Below are positions 1 through 13,560 of a stretch of DNA of 64,000 nt, piece after piece (positions within the stretch are counted from its first letter, which is position 1; every line of letters starts with the position of its first letter). This DNA is from Enoplolaimus lenunculus. Its lineage: Eukaryota. The translations under genes and the position numbers were made by a program. The notes beneath the pieces are model-generated. The model was not told the DNA's origin. It did not search any database and saw only the letters and a program-made list of their open reading frames with translations. Where the stretch lies: positions 1 to 64,000 of the forward strand of contig JASANG010000424.1 of assembly GCA_030248215.1 (NCBI GenBank), given 5' to 3'.

Positions 1-2737
1 AATACAACATTTAAATAACAAAATTTAGCTTTTTGATCAATTTTTTCCACACATGTTACTTTAAGACGCGTCCAGGATTTCTGGTGGGTCCATAAAAGTA
101 GTAGGTTTGGGATTCTACAATTAAACATGTTTTTGCTCTAGGCTTAGGCTTAGTCTTTAGGCTTAGGTTTAGGAAGCTGATTTTTGCAACGCTTAAGATA
201 GGCTTAGGCTTAAGAATACGCTTAATCAACTGTTACGTCCGCTTAAAGTAACGTTAGTCCCTGAACTTGTGCGCTCAACGGATATATTTAAAACGTTATG
301 TACAATGTGCGGCGGATCTAGAAATTTCTGACCGAGAGCGGGCTGGCAAAAGCTAAAGCACGCAAATTTTACTGGTATTCCCAATAAAATATGTAATATT
401 TCTTAGGCGAGAAAATCGTAATGTAGAGAAAACCTTACCATTTTATCACAAAAAATGTTCTGACAGCGAATCGTTACGTTCCCTCCGCCCCCTCCCCCTG
501 AATTCCGCTAGTGACTGCCATATAACCCACGCCGTTCGACCCTGCGTAGGGTTTCAAACCCCCCCAAAAAATATCCAAACAATAAATCAGAACGGTGCAG
601 AGATCGAGCCAATTCACATGGGATAAGCTATAAAAAAGCTCAACTTCAATACACAACTCACAAACATTGGATATATGGGCGCAGTTGTAAAAGAATTATT
701 ATTATTTGCCCAACTGAGGTACACACATCTACGCTAAAAACACATAAAATAAAGACACACACACAGGGTATTTTGGTCTATTGCTAACAGATGGCGGGTT
801 GGCTGGTTCGCTTTTTTTGGTTTCATGATATGATGCCACGGTCAAGGTTGTCACAGATCAGGGTGTCGTAATGTGTCGTCCGTTGTATCGTGTGCCCTGT
901 GTGTGTGGAGTTTGGCGACGCCTCTATTTGCCACTCGACGACGGAGTTTGGTAAAACGCTACAAACGAGAGAAATTGACAACATAAAAAATTAATCAAAA
1001 GCGAAATTGAAACAATTTTTGACCCCGACGAATGTTAACGACCGAAAAACTGCCAAAATACTGGTTGTTCTTAAAATAGGCTGGTAGTTAACAGGTCTTT
1101 TCGGTTATCCGCTCTCCAGCGGGCGTTTACTCAAAAATGGTTGGATTTTGGATATAAATTAGGATTCGTTCGCCAAAACATCGGCAATTTGACGCAACAG
1201 ACATTATGCCTGAGATACTTACAGTTCGATTTCATCACGGCTACAGTGGACACACGCAACACAACCCGTCTGGTAAATGCAATCAAACAGGTAAGTATTA
1301 TACATCAGCGCATACTGACTCGTATAGCGGAACTCATTTCGGGCAGGATGGGTAAGAAAACCCAATATATTTTTACAGGTTTCGCACCGGTTTATCGCGC
1401 AGTTACTCAAGTTGTTTGCTAAATTAATATATTTTTATAACCAGCATTTTTTCGTTTTTTTTCCACTTTTATTCGACAGAACCTAAAAATAGTCGTTTTT
1501 CCGTTGCATTTTTCCAGTATAAACATTTGCAACAATTATTAAATACTAAACATTAATACGTAATTTCGCGAGCGCAGTTTTGTAACAGTAGATTAAGCGT
1601 ATTCCTAAGCGTAACCTAAGCCTAAGCGTTGCAAAAATGTATTCCTTAGCATTTGCCTAAGGCTAAGCAAAAAATGCTATCTACAATCTAAACCCAATTT
1701 TTTATAGACCAACCAGAAACCTGGACGCCGCTTAAAGTAACATGGACCATATACTCAATTGGGAGATGTTAAACAATTTTGACTCAATGTTCTCTCCCAG
1801 GCTTTTATCTCTCTGATATCTTGTATTTTTTTAATTATTCTCTGTTTGTCTCGTTTTGTCTCTCTCGTGGGACAAATTTAATTATCATAATTCTTCCCTG
1901 AAGACATTTACACAAACCCTGTCTAAAATAAGTACCAAGTACCTTTTGAGGAAAATGTGCTTCTGACACTGCGCCAAATGAACAAACGGCCTAATCTTGA
2001 ATGTGGTCCAGGTGTTTTATGCTTGAAAACGCTGTTTTACGAGTAGTTTTACCGCGTCAAAGTCGAATGCTGCTAAAATTAATTACATAGCTAATACATC
2101 ATTATAGTTGGTATGAAGGGCGAAAAATGCAAGAATTTTGCTGTGAGTTTGACATATATTGCGTTTAAAATAACATAATTTTAGAATAATTAAATCCGGT
2201 CAAGTAATCGCTGCCGCTTTGAGTAAAAATAATTCTACCCACGAGCGGATTCAGGGGAGGGGGGCGGAGGGAACGTACGATTCGCTGTCAGAACATTTTT
2301 TGTGATAAAATGGTAAGGTTTCCTCTACATTACAATTTTCTCGCCTCAGAGAATATTTACATATTTATAGGAATACAGTAAAAATTGCGTGCTTTAGCTT
2401 TTGCCAGCCCGCTCTCGGTCAGAAATTTCTAGATCCGCCGCACATTGTACATAACGTTTTAAATATCCTTGAGCGCACAAGTTCAGGGACTAACGTTACT
2501 TTAAGGGACGTAACAGTTGATTAAGCGTATTCTTAAGCCTAAGCCTATCTTAAGCGTTGCAAAAATGAGCTCCTAAACCTAAGCCTAAAGACTAAGCCTA
2601 AGCCTAAGCAAAAACATGTAATCTAGAATCCAAACCTACTCTTTTATGGACCCACCAGAATCCTGGACGCGTCTTAAAGTAACATGTGTGGAAAAAAATT
2701 GATCAAAAACTAAATTTTGTTATTTAAATGTTGTATT
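1..2737. repeat. Long inverted duplication: 1-~513 is the reverse complement of ~2240-2737
   Basis: Direct comparison, for example aatacaacatttaaataac at 1 versus gttatttaaatgttgtatt ending at 2737. Differences are mostly single-base indels. Confidence 0.95.
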
Positions 2738-5700
2738 GCTTTCTAAAAGCAATTATAATAAAGTCACAATCGATGCTAATACCAGTATTTAGCAACGGCC
2801 GTTTAGCTCCGCCTGTCGTCTCCACGTCTGCTTACGGGTCTGCTAGTTTCGGTTCCAAAAAACAAAGAGACCTATTTCGGTGTACCTTGACGGACAAAAC
2901 CGAAAATTGCTCGAACCCCTTTATTTAAATTATCGAGATTATTTTAATACATGACCAGAGCTAAACAGCTGTACCGTTTCAGGGCCAGAAGCAGATCCAG
3001 AAGTTTCTGACTGGGGGAGGGGCGGGCTGACAAATGTTATGAAATATAGGATATGCCATTGGCAGCGAAAAATTATAAAGTAGAGGGATCTGGTCATTCC
3101 ATTACAAAAAGGTTTTCTGATGGGAAAAATGTAAGATAGGCGGACCTTATATCAGTTGACCACAAAATTTTTTTCCAAATTGTCAAAGTCTAAAAACAGA
3201 ATATGCACTCGAGCGTAGCAAGCGAGATAATTTTCGCCCTGGGTGTCATTTGCCTTTTCACATCCCCTCAAAAATCTTGCGCGGCATATATGCTCTGTAT
3301 ACACCCCCTTATATAACCACTTGACTTTGAATCCATTGGTTTATACTACTCTCCTGCAATTAAGTCCTCTTAAGGCTATCAATCATTGTCAAGTTTGCCC
3401 CGACTAAAATTTAAATTTGACCCTCAAAAAGCCACATGCTACCCATACAACGTATGTGACCATTTTTCACCAAATTTCCGGTTCCGGTTTGTATTTGCCG
3501 TGCTACCTGACTGATAGACTAATACCTGCCGTCAAAGGCCGCAGACTTTGAAGTATGTAAAGTGGTCCATATAAAGATCAGCACCGGAACGCTTTCATGG
3601 TGGCCTGCAATAGAGTAAACTTTTAGCATTAGACTAATTTTTTGCGTAGGCTTTATAGCATTAGAAATATGCCCTTTATACTACTGTTTCGGCCCTGTTC
3701 TATACATTGGCCTAGTGTATATATAAAAATATATATTTAGCCATATTTTTCAAGGCTATGACACAAAACAGTATTGCAAAACTTTAAAAATTACGTGAAA
3801 ACGTCAAGTAGCCAAAAATTGCGTTTTCGCAGTTGTTGGGCCTTCCAGCATTGTTTTTACTGCTATTTGTTTCGGTGGTACATATGTTGTTCCTTGTATA
3901 TGTTTGAACGTATGCCGTGCTAACATTGTCGTTTTTGACACCTCGCTTCAACATGGTTGTGTTTAGATAATTGTTCGCACAATATCTAATTTTACATTTG
4001 CACAACATATTGGTTACTTTTATATCTTAGACAGAGATTACCTGGTTGTTGAAGTTGCACAAGGTTCGTGGGTAAATTTTTACGTATTGTGATTGGCCAA
4101 GCTGTCACGTACAAATACGCCTTCAATTATCGTTGAATGCCGCCAAAATGTTTATAGTCAGTTATTGCCCGATGACCAGTTTACCTTGTGAATAGTTTGT
4201 GATTTCTGTGGATTTGTGTTTGGTTTTGTTTTAGTTTTTAGTTTGAAATATATACGAGTGGCGCAGCCACCTACACACGTCTGGCCGCAAAAATGACAGC
4301 ATTTTTTACAGAGTTTGCACGAACAGTGGTCGAGTTTTAAATAACGACAAATTTTAATACCACTTGTTTTGCAATATAATTTTCACTTGCTATTCACCAG
4401 ACTGAAAACTACAATAGGCATAAACGACGTATATCAATCAGGGTGCAACCGGATATCCGGTTCCGGCTCCAATAAAAACTCGACATCCGGCTCCGGTATT
4501 TAAACTTGCCGGTATTATTTTTCAAAAACTTTACAAAATGTATTCCATCATTCGTATTTATACCAAATATAAATGTATATAAGACATTTTAAACCTCAAG
4601 TGCTAATTGCACAAGAATTAAAAGTAATAGTGGCCAGCAAGTAAAAAGCGTTGCAGTTCCCATGTATCAAAAACAATATTTCCATTAACTTTTATCGACT
4701 AAGCGTCTCATAGATCATATTTCTTCTACCCGTGCGCGTACAACTGCGGTTACAAATATAACTATTCATTTGGAGCGGGCCCCAAAAAAGCCAGAAGGCT
4801 CAAATATATATGGCGCGAGCGCTCGCGTTTCAGAAAATATTTATTTAGTATCATTTTGCATACAAAATAATTATACTCGACAGGATGTCAAAAAGCATTT
4901 TGTGGTTTTGTTTTTGCGCCGTTCGTACCGGGTGAAAATGTGCTAAATTTTGGCCACAAAATATGACAAAGTAATTTGAAACTTTTACAACGGACGGATA
5001 ATAGTAATAATGAAGTGGCGGTGTGTGTATATTTACCGAAAAAGGTTTAAACTAGGCTATAGCATAAAAAACGACAAAATTCGTAGGAAAATATTCTACA
5101 GATAACGGGAAATCGGATACAGGCATGTGGCCAGCCAAACTGGATGGAAATAGAGCCCTAAAGGTTTAAATAAGGGATATGGAACAATTCCATATCACTT
5201 ACAAGTGTAATGAAACGTTTCTGTTATGGCTGAAATATTTGTAGTAGGAAAACTCAAATTTTCGGGCGCTCCAATGTGTGCAGCACCTATCACCAGTTGG
5301 TCATAATTCTGTACCAATTTTGACTTCAGTAGCGGTGATAGTTGTTGTACAAATTTACACTGTAAATTCCAGTGAGTTGGTTTTAAAAAAAATGCGTTGA
5401 ATCGCTCAGTCTGAGTTAGGATTTTCAGTTAAATTTTCAGTCAATAAAACTCACTCTAACCTAACTGTTCAACTTACCCGGAATCCACTTGACTCAGAGT
5501 GAGAATCAACTCAAATGAGAGTGAATTAATGTTAACTGTTATCAACTCAGAAATAACTAACTCTCTAACTGAGTTAATTAACCAATTCCTTGGAATTTAC
5601 AGTGTGAGAATATGGGCCTCGAACCAGGTCGGCCCTGATAGTTTTCAGTGTAAGTTGTCCAGTTTCAAGTAGGTATATATTTTTCTATTTTGCTGATTTA

Positions 5701-5878
5701 TCAAAATTACAGGTTGCGTGAAACATTAACGCTGTACGTCGAGACATCTCCTCCAAACGATAGCTTGATTGACGCCTTTTAAATATATAACAGTAAATAT
5801 CGTACGACTTTAAATTAAATATCATGTACCAATAATCATAGTCCAAATTTTGTGCGCAAAAGCTTTCAACATTTTTTG

Positions 5879-8800
5879 CTATTTAAATTTAAAATATCCA
5901 ACTAACCCATTGATAACATTCGTATTTTTATCGGTTTCCAATTTTCGCTTGTCTTTGCAACCGCCAGCGCCTGTCTTTTTTCTATTAACTTTTTTCCCAC
6001 TACCGAGCGAGTCTAATTTCGTTTTAAGCTCGCTAATTTGTCTAAAATACGCATGATGTTCACCTAAACAAACGCTAAAATTAGCCAATCCTTTTTCAAC
6101 GAACGGTAACGCTTCGGTAAATTTTCCGTCCAATACAAACGCGTAAGCGATTTTGAGCCAATGAAATGCTCGTGATTTTAAATTTTGTGGATAACACATT
6201 TCCAAAGTTGGCAATACTGCAATGCCATACGCTGGAACTCTGTCAAGCATTTTTCGTTGCGTGAACGCTGATTGGATAAAAAGTGAAACTGAGTCAAATA
6301 TTAAAATATTTTCTGGATGAAATTTAACCAATAATTTTCGATCTAACGTTGCAGCCAACCACGATAGGTCAACGGATGCTTGTCGGCTGTTTTCAAACGC
6401 GTCTCCAAGGTAATTGTGCATTGTTTGAATTAGAGAAGATAAGTTCTCAAATTCAGCATCGGGTATAGATTGATTGCATTGTGGACAGGCTGAAATACGA
6501 TAAAATATAATTTTTTTATTTTTTGCTTTTAAATACGCTGTACCAGTTTATCTTTTAATCGACTCCACCAGAGTCATGTCAAACGTGCGACTCAGTGAAT
6601 CGAATTTGACTCTGGCAGAGTCTAATTTTGACTCAATTTCTGTAGTCCCGAAAAGCGTATTTCGGAGAGAATCAATTTGACTCACCATTTTTTGTAGTGT
6701 ATACCGTAGATGTGTTTCTGCCGAAAAATTTTACTCCTACCTGAAAACTGTGCAATATAATTCGCATACAACAACAGCTCGAACGCTGCCCAAAATACGA
6801 ATGTGGGGCAGGCACATTTCAGCTTTAATAATATAGATATGAACGGCAACTGTTTAAAGTTTACAAGAAATACAAGACGAGATCGAAATCTGCCGGTTTT
6901 AAGCTTAAGTCTAAAGGTTTAAAATCAATCACACCGATTAGCAGCTATTACTGCTGTGATAACATAAATCTCTACAAAAACGGGAATGTCTTCTGTGCTG
7001 AAAACTCGAGTCAAGCAACGACCATATGCCTTCCACCCTGAAGCATCAATTGGAACTCCTAGTGAACCCTTGGTTTCCGTTCAAATGAAATAGGAATCGC
7101 CGCGGCGGATTTAGAAATTACTAAATAGAGGGCTCGTGTAAGTTATAATTGTTAAACTCAGAAGCGAAGCGAGCAAGAAGCCGAACGCCATTGGAGTTTA
7201 ATTTTGATTACGATGGGGGTGTAAGCCGTGGTGGCCCCCCCAACCTTGAAATACAATGGTAGGAATACGGTTAATTTCATATTTTAAATCTAGATTGTCC
7301 ACACAATGGCCAATGTTACTATTATGGCCGTAACAGTAGATTACGCGTATTCCTAACCCTAAAAACCTAAGCCTAAGCGTTGCAAAAGCGTATTCCTAAG
7401 CCTAAGACTAAGCCTAAGCAATAAAATGTAGTGTAGAATGTAAGCCTACTCTTTTACAGACCCTCCAGAAACCGGGACGGCCCTAAAAGTAACATGGACC
7501 CAAACCAGGTTAGAAAACAATTTAATCCATTAGCGATAGGTAAACTTGGCATATGTTATACATTTAACGTTGATCCTGGTCAATATTGCAACCACTTTAA
7601 CCAATGCATCATAGGCAGCTTAACGAAACCAGCTATTAAACACTTACGTGTTTGCTCGATACAAGGCCATTCGTGATAAATAATCAGTCCTTTACTCCTG
7701 GCTTCATCAGGAGTTGATCTATTGGCCCCGCATTCCGAATTTGGGCACCAAACTCCTGTCAGGGTTGCATCCGCATAACTTTCGCATCGAGGACATTGGC
7801 AATGAAAATAGTATTTTTTTAGCAATTCACGCCGTCGAACACAACGCGGTGCAGACAAATCAATATAGTTTAAGAAACATTTCGAAACGTCACGGATGTC
7901 ACTGCCGTCCAGCGAACGAAATATTGTCTGAAATTATTGAAAATAGAGCCAATGCATAGAAAAAGTAGAGCGGAACAGTAGTATAAGCATATTCCTAAAC
8001 CTAAACCTAAGCCTAAACGTAAGAATGAGCTTATGCCTAAGCCTAAGCCTAAGCAAAAAAATTAGTCTGATTTTGTTATGTTTTATTGTTAAAGAAATAT
8101 CTTAATGGCTTTGATTTTGAAACCTTACTTAAAAGTATTATTTGGTACTATTAGGTATATACTTGCTAAGTGATTTTTAGCCATTTTTCGTTTTTAAAAG
8201 CTTACTTAAGTTAAGTAAATACTGAAATCGCTGTCTAAAATGTAATAGGTTGCTAATTAAACGTTCAAGTTAGCTAACTTTCGTTTAACTGAAATTCTAG
8301 ACTCGTGGTGCCTCCATAATATTACGCAAAACTATTACTTTTTTGTAATGACAATGGCTCACATTTGGTGTTCACCTGTTTTGTTTGAAAAACTAAGTAT
8401 TTACTTAAGTCATTGATTTAAGTAATTACTTAAGCACAGTTTAAGTAAATACTTAAGATTTCAGAAACCCATGTTTTCGTAACGCAACTGTTTCAGGACA
8501 GTACGGCCAAAGGGGATGAATTGCATATAAAAGACCTCAGGATGCACGCATAAGCAAAATTGTGTGTGCATATGCAAATTGCTACGTATGTTCAGTGCAA
8601 AATTTCCTAGTTAATAAGTGTCTCAAATAGAATATATTTATTTAGGAAACTGTTAAAACAACGACGCTTACGGTTACTCCGTCTGAACTGATTCCAACGT
8701 TTGGCCAGCACGAATGATCGTAAGCCGACAAAGCAAAATCAATTGCAGCACCCATTGAAGTACCACGATTACTCGATACCGTGTGACAGTTAATAATTTT

Positions 8801-11388
8801 CTTTCCAAACATCGACCATAATTCGTCATTATTTACATCATTGATGACGCCATCATCGTTGCAGTTCACTGGTTGTTCATGATTGGTTCGCTCATCGCTC
8901 GCTTGAGTTTCGGGTTTCGTCGATTCTGATTGGCTGTCGACACTGCTGTTACGGTTAACACAATTTAATTGGCTGTTTGGTTGTGTTTTGAGCAAATCTG
9001 GCTCGCTGGCAGTTGGCGAGTTGGTATGCAGCGAATTAGTTTCTTGGTTTGTAGACTCTTTATTCGTTTCCTTAGACTTTTGGTTTCCTTTCGGAATGAG
9101 ACTGTGATATTCTTCGGGAATGAACTGTCGTAGACCTTGTGAAACCAACTCAAAATAGCTCACCCGGCGTGGATCGGCACGAATATCATCTAAGTGATCT
9201 TTAAGGCTTGACCAGTCTAAAATATATAACATGCACAGTAAATTCAAATGAGACAATTAATTAGCTCAGACAGAAAGTTAGTTATTTCGGAGTTAATAAC
9301 AGTAAACTTTAACTCACCCTGAGTCGGCTTGATTCTCATTGTGAAGTGACTTTTAACCGAAGATTTACAAACCTTGCCGGAGCTGGAGGTGAAACTGGAG
9401 GTAAAGCGAATTTTAGGTACTCTACGATAATGTTTAATTTGCAAATTTTAGCAAATATCTGTCAAAGTTGTCGAAACTTTTGATTTTAGTCATATTTTTA
9501 CGAAATTTCGACAGTTTGTTCCTGAAAATTGCACCAATAGTTAAATCCAAGCGCACCGAACGAGGTATTTTTAAAACTAACCACGCCGGGACTGGGGTGT
9601 ACGCATACCCCGTCAGAAAGTTTTTTGCGCTAAAATGGCTACGTCTCTAACTTACAATTTTTTCCCACAGAAAAGTTTTGTGAATAAAATGATAACAACC
9701 GTAGTACAGTACAATTGTTCTTCCTCAATAAATTTAAAAAAAATGATAAGGTCCGTACCTTACAATTTTTTACCCTCAAAAATTTGTTTGTAAAAAACTA
9801 AAAGGTCCCTTCTGCCTTCTTCTATCAAATTAACACCAGTATGGTAAGTTCAACTCTGATCTTTTTTACTTCTCTGTGTTGTTGTCGTTCCATTCCACGC
9901 AGGTTTTGTCTGTTTTGCGCGTTTCGTTTGAAGCATTGAACAAATACGAACGAACATCATTAATTCTTGCGGCGGCAGATCTCTTCGGCCGGACGCAGCC
10001 CGGGCGGCTAAACATTTGCATTCGAGTTTGTGTTCATGCCAAGCATCGTGTTGACATTGTAAACAACAATAGCGAAACAGTTGACATTGACCACACCTGA
10101 AAAATAAATCTATATATTAAAACTGGAATGCAACACATACGTATTTTGGGCAGATAAATCTCATTCTCTCTCTGAGTTGTTTAATCAACTCATTTGAATT
10201 TACAGCGAGAGACTTCAGCTCCACGCAATAATTTTGCCACCAACTTCCTAATGCAACAATTTTCGTGGACAACTAGTGCTAAAATTGTGTCTGGCTTCTA
10301 GCTCATTTCGTTCGCAACGTTTTTTGCGATCCAACGTTAACAATTTTGCCTACTGCACTATTCGAAGGGCTACTTATGGGGCAACTATAGAACCGGACCT
10401 AAAACTTAATTGTAAGTTTATTCAACTCAATTTGAGTTTATTGAGCAATTCACCAGGTATGAAATCAAATAAGAGTGTATATAAATCAACTCAACTACAC
10501 AGAGTTAATGTTTTTTGTTGTTAACTCAGAAAAAACTAACTCGTGAGCTGAGTTGATTATTCAACTTATTGGAATTAAAAGTGTAATAAAGAATTGCAAG
10601 TTGTACGCTGAAACGGTGTTTAAAAAACGCATGTGGGGCGTTCCAGCTTTGATACATACGCTGTGAATTTCAATGAGTTGATTATTCAATTTATCTTGCT
10701 AGTTGGTTATTTTTGAATTGATATGAGTATACATTAACTCACTCTGAGTTGAGTTGATTCTCACTCCGAGTTGAGTTGACTCCGGGTGAGTTGGCTAATT
10801 AACTCAGAATGACTTGAATCAACTCAAAATTATGAGTTCTGATAGTCCTATCTCTTGGCTAATTAACTCAGAATGATTTGAACCAAATCAAAATTATGAG
10901 TTCTAATAGTCCTAACGCAGACTGAGTGATTGAACTCATCCTGAGTTAAAAGCAACTCACTGAAATTTACAGTGTAATTAACCCTTTCTCACATGAATAT
11001 TTTCTATTTCCCCGGAGACCTATTTTTATGCTAGGATTCGAACTCCAGTGACTGGACTGGGAGGTGTATACGATCACCACTCAGCTATAGGAGCTTGACG
11101 CTCGAGCCCGAGGGGACTCTCACGTCTTGTGGTGGTTTAGTACTATGTATACGTGTTGCAATTGTTAAATACGCTGCGATATATGCTATTTAACGTATAT
11201 ACACTGCGCTGTGTTGCCTACAGCCAACTCAATGTGAGAATGAGTTAAAAGTACCTTTTTAAATTAGGCGATGGTTTAAAACAATGACTGCAGTGGCTGT
11301 CGATATTTTCAAAATTCAAAATACGAGCAAATGGATCTTCAAACCGTCGTTCGATTGTATTTGTTAAGCCGCTTTCTTTATCAGTCAT
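5879..11388 (-). CDS. SET and MYND domain (SMYD-family) lysine methyltransferase-like protein, 5 exons
   Basis: Exons 11388-11255, 10096-9870, 9216-8672, 7927-7648 and 6489-5879, all GT-AG and phase-consistent. The translation has a MYND finger (CSHC..LKRCGQCQLFRYCCLQCQHDAWHEHKLEC), SET motifs (FGKKIINCH, SAYDHSCWPN, LNYIDL), a post-SET region (YYFHCQCPRC) and a helical TPR-like C-terminus. Confidence 0.9.
10982..11244. mobile_element. MITE family C: ~263-bp piggyBac-type element (TTAA|CCC termini) containing a tRNA-like segment
   Basis: TTAA on both sides, TIR CCC(T/C)TTCTCACAT. It sits a few nucleotides inside SMYD intron 1. Confidence 0.85.
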
Positions 11389-13349
11389 TTTTAGCTAAAA
11401 ATACGCTTTTGAAACGTCTGCAATTACAAGCATTCGATTATGTAGACTTTCAACAACAGATATGCAGAACATTTCGTTTACATGCACTAAAATCAGAAAA
11501 TTATTTATTGAATATATAACGCGAGGATTACGTTTTAACTGGGCAGCCCGGAACACGTTTTGTATCTGTTACAATAGCTTGTAACATTTTGTATGCACGC
11601 TTTGCCTATTTCAAGCTTAAAACTGAGTTCTCTATTACCCTGATGCGATGGTCACTGTTGTTACTGTAATATGATATTCTACGCATTTGTTCGAGAGCAT
11701 CATATGATATGCAATCCCCCTCGAAAATTTTTGTAATAAAATGGTAAGATTCCTACCTTACAATTTTTCCCCTTAGAAAATTTTTTTATAAAAAATAAAA
11801 TTTTTCCGTAAGAATTTTTTGTGATGAAATAATAAGGTCAATTTTTCTGTCTCAGTTAATTTTTGATGATAAAATGATAAGGTCCCCTACCTTACAATTT
11901 TTGCGTTTTTCAACATTAGCCAGCCCTCCCACCGTCAGAAATACTTGGATCCGCCTCTGACCTGAGTTAACCTACCCAAATTTACCCTGTTGAATATCAT
12001 ATGATGCTAAAAATTTGAAATTGATTTTCCTGTATTGGAAATTGCTTATATGAAATTTCCGTCAAAAACAAAAACGTAGAAGCTAATTCAGCGTTCCAAA
12101 CTACTTCGTCTTTTCTTTTATTAGTGCGCGCAAATTTCACTACATTTTTCTTCCATCATGTGGTATTTTCTTGCGTTTTGGAATATGCGATATTTGTATA
12201 AGAATGTACCGTATGGTTGACATATGGCTATCTCTATATGAATGATCACTGATAGCATTGATTTGTATTAAGCCAATATCATATGACATTCATATTTTGC
12301 CGGTATATCCGTTTTTAAGTGGTACCTCGAATCAACATAATTAAAAAGGTTCCTTGCTGCCCGGTTATAACGTGAACCCCGCATGAAAGAAGAAAGACAA
12401 CTATTTCTTAAAAGAAAAAATTTGAGTCTTATAAATTGGCAATAGTTGGTATTAATTTCATGAACACAAGACATTTTGAACCATTTTAGACACAAATTTC
12501 TAAGCTTTAACAGGAGCTTTCTGAAATTACAAACATTTCTGTCTAGAAATTTAATAAGAAAGTTAATAAACAGTCTTAAAATTTCAATACAGTTTTTGAT
12601 GTTTATAGAGCCCTAATATGTGTAGTGTTTCGACGATCCTGTACAGAAGAGGCTACATACAAACAGGGACCTAGCCACATTTTTTTTTCGGATGGGGATA
12701 ATGTAATCTAAATTTTTTATCTCTGCAGGTCATTACAGACAGTAAAAGTGCAATTTCGGGTCGAACAATTCCGGTATCCTCCTTATCCACCCATATGTAC
12801 ACTGTGAATTCCAATGAGTTGATAAATCATTTCAGCTAGCGAGTGAGTTATTTCTGTGTTAATATCAGTAAACATTGACTCACCCTGAGTTCAGTTGACT
12901 TTGGGTGAGTTGATTAATTAACTCCGAATGAATTGAATCAATTGAAAATTCTGAGTTCTGATAGTCCTAACTCAGACTGAGTGATTCAACTCTTTCTGAG
13001 TTAAAATCAACTCACTGAAATTTACAGTGTATATGCTTCATTCTACAAAAAGCTTTAACACAACAGTATCGATGAGCAAGCCCTTCCTCAAAGGACACAA
13101 ATTTTACGCAGAATGCGGTTCAGCAATAATGCTACATACGCAACAAGTGAAAGTGCGTTAAAAAGAAAAATAAAAGAAGCAAAGTTAAAATAAACAATAT
13201 GATGTGCGTTAATATTTAACAAATGCAGTGACAAAATGCAATAAGCTTTTGTGTTGCGGTTGCATTGTTTTGCAGTTGAGCTTGGACGTGACACAAGCTA
13301 TCAGAGTGGACAGAGATGCGGTAATGGGTCGTCCACGTTACATTGTTTA

Positions 13350-13560
13350 CATTGCAAAAAATGGGGAGTCAAATTGACTCCCTCCAAAATAGGCTATACG
13401 TGACTACACAAACTGTAGAGTCAAATTCGACTCCGCCAGAGTCAAACGTGCGGTTAAATGAGACGAATTTGACTCTGACGGAGTCTAATTTGACTCAATT
13501 TGTGTAGGCCCGTAGAGCCTATTTTGGAGGGAGTCAATTTGACTCACCATTTTTGTAGTG
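13350..13560. mobile_element. MITE family A: ~210-bp fold-back element with CACTGCAAAAAA termini (CMC/EnSpm-like)
   Basis: Near-perfect palindrome flanked by TA..TA. Other copies at about 22940-23155, 24919-25138, 32900-33103, 42340-42548, 43332-43540, 47068-47299, 50717-50924, 55051-55252, 55859-56058, 56776-56995 and 61831-62031. Partial copies at about 6560-6700, 23454-23540, 25862-25960, 40574-40725 and 51190-51326. Confidence 0.9.

Noticed and set aside
1207..1290. Possible short exon (MPEILTVRFHHG..., ending CAG/gtaagt)
   Set aside because: The donor is good, but I found no recognisable product or convincing partner exons, so it was left uncalled.
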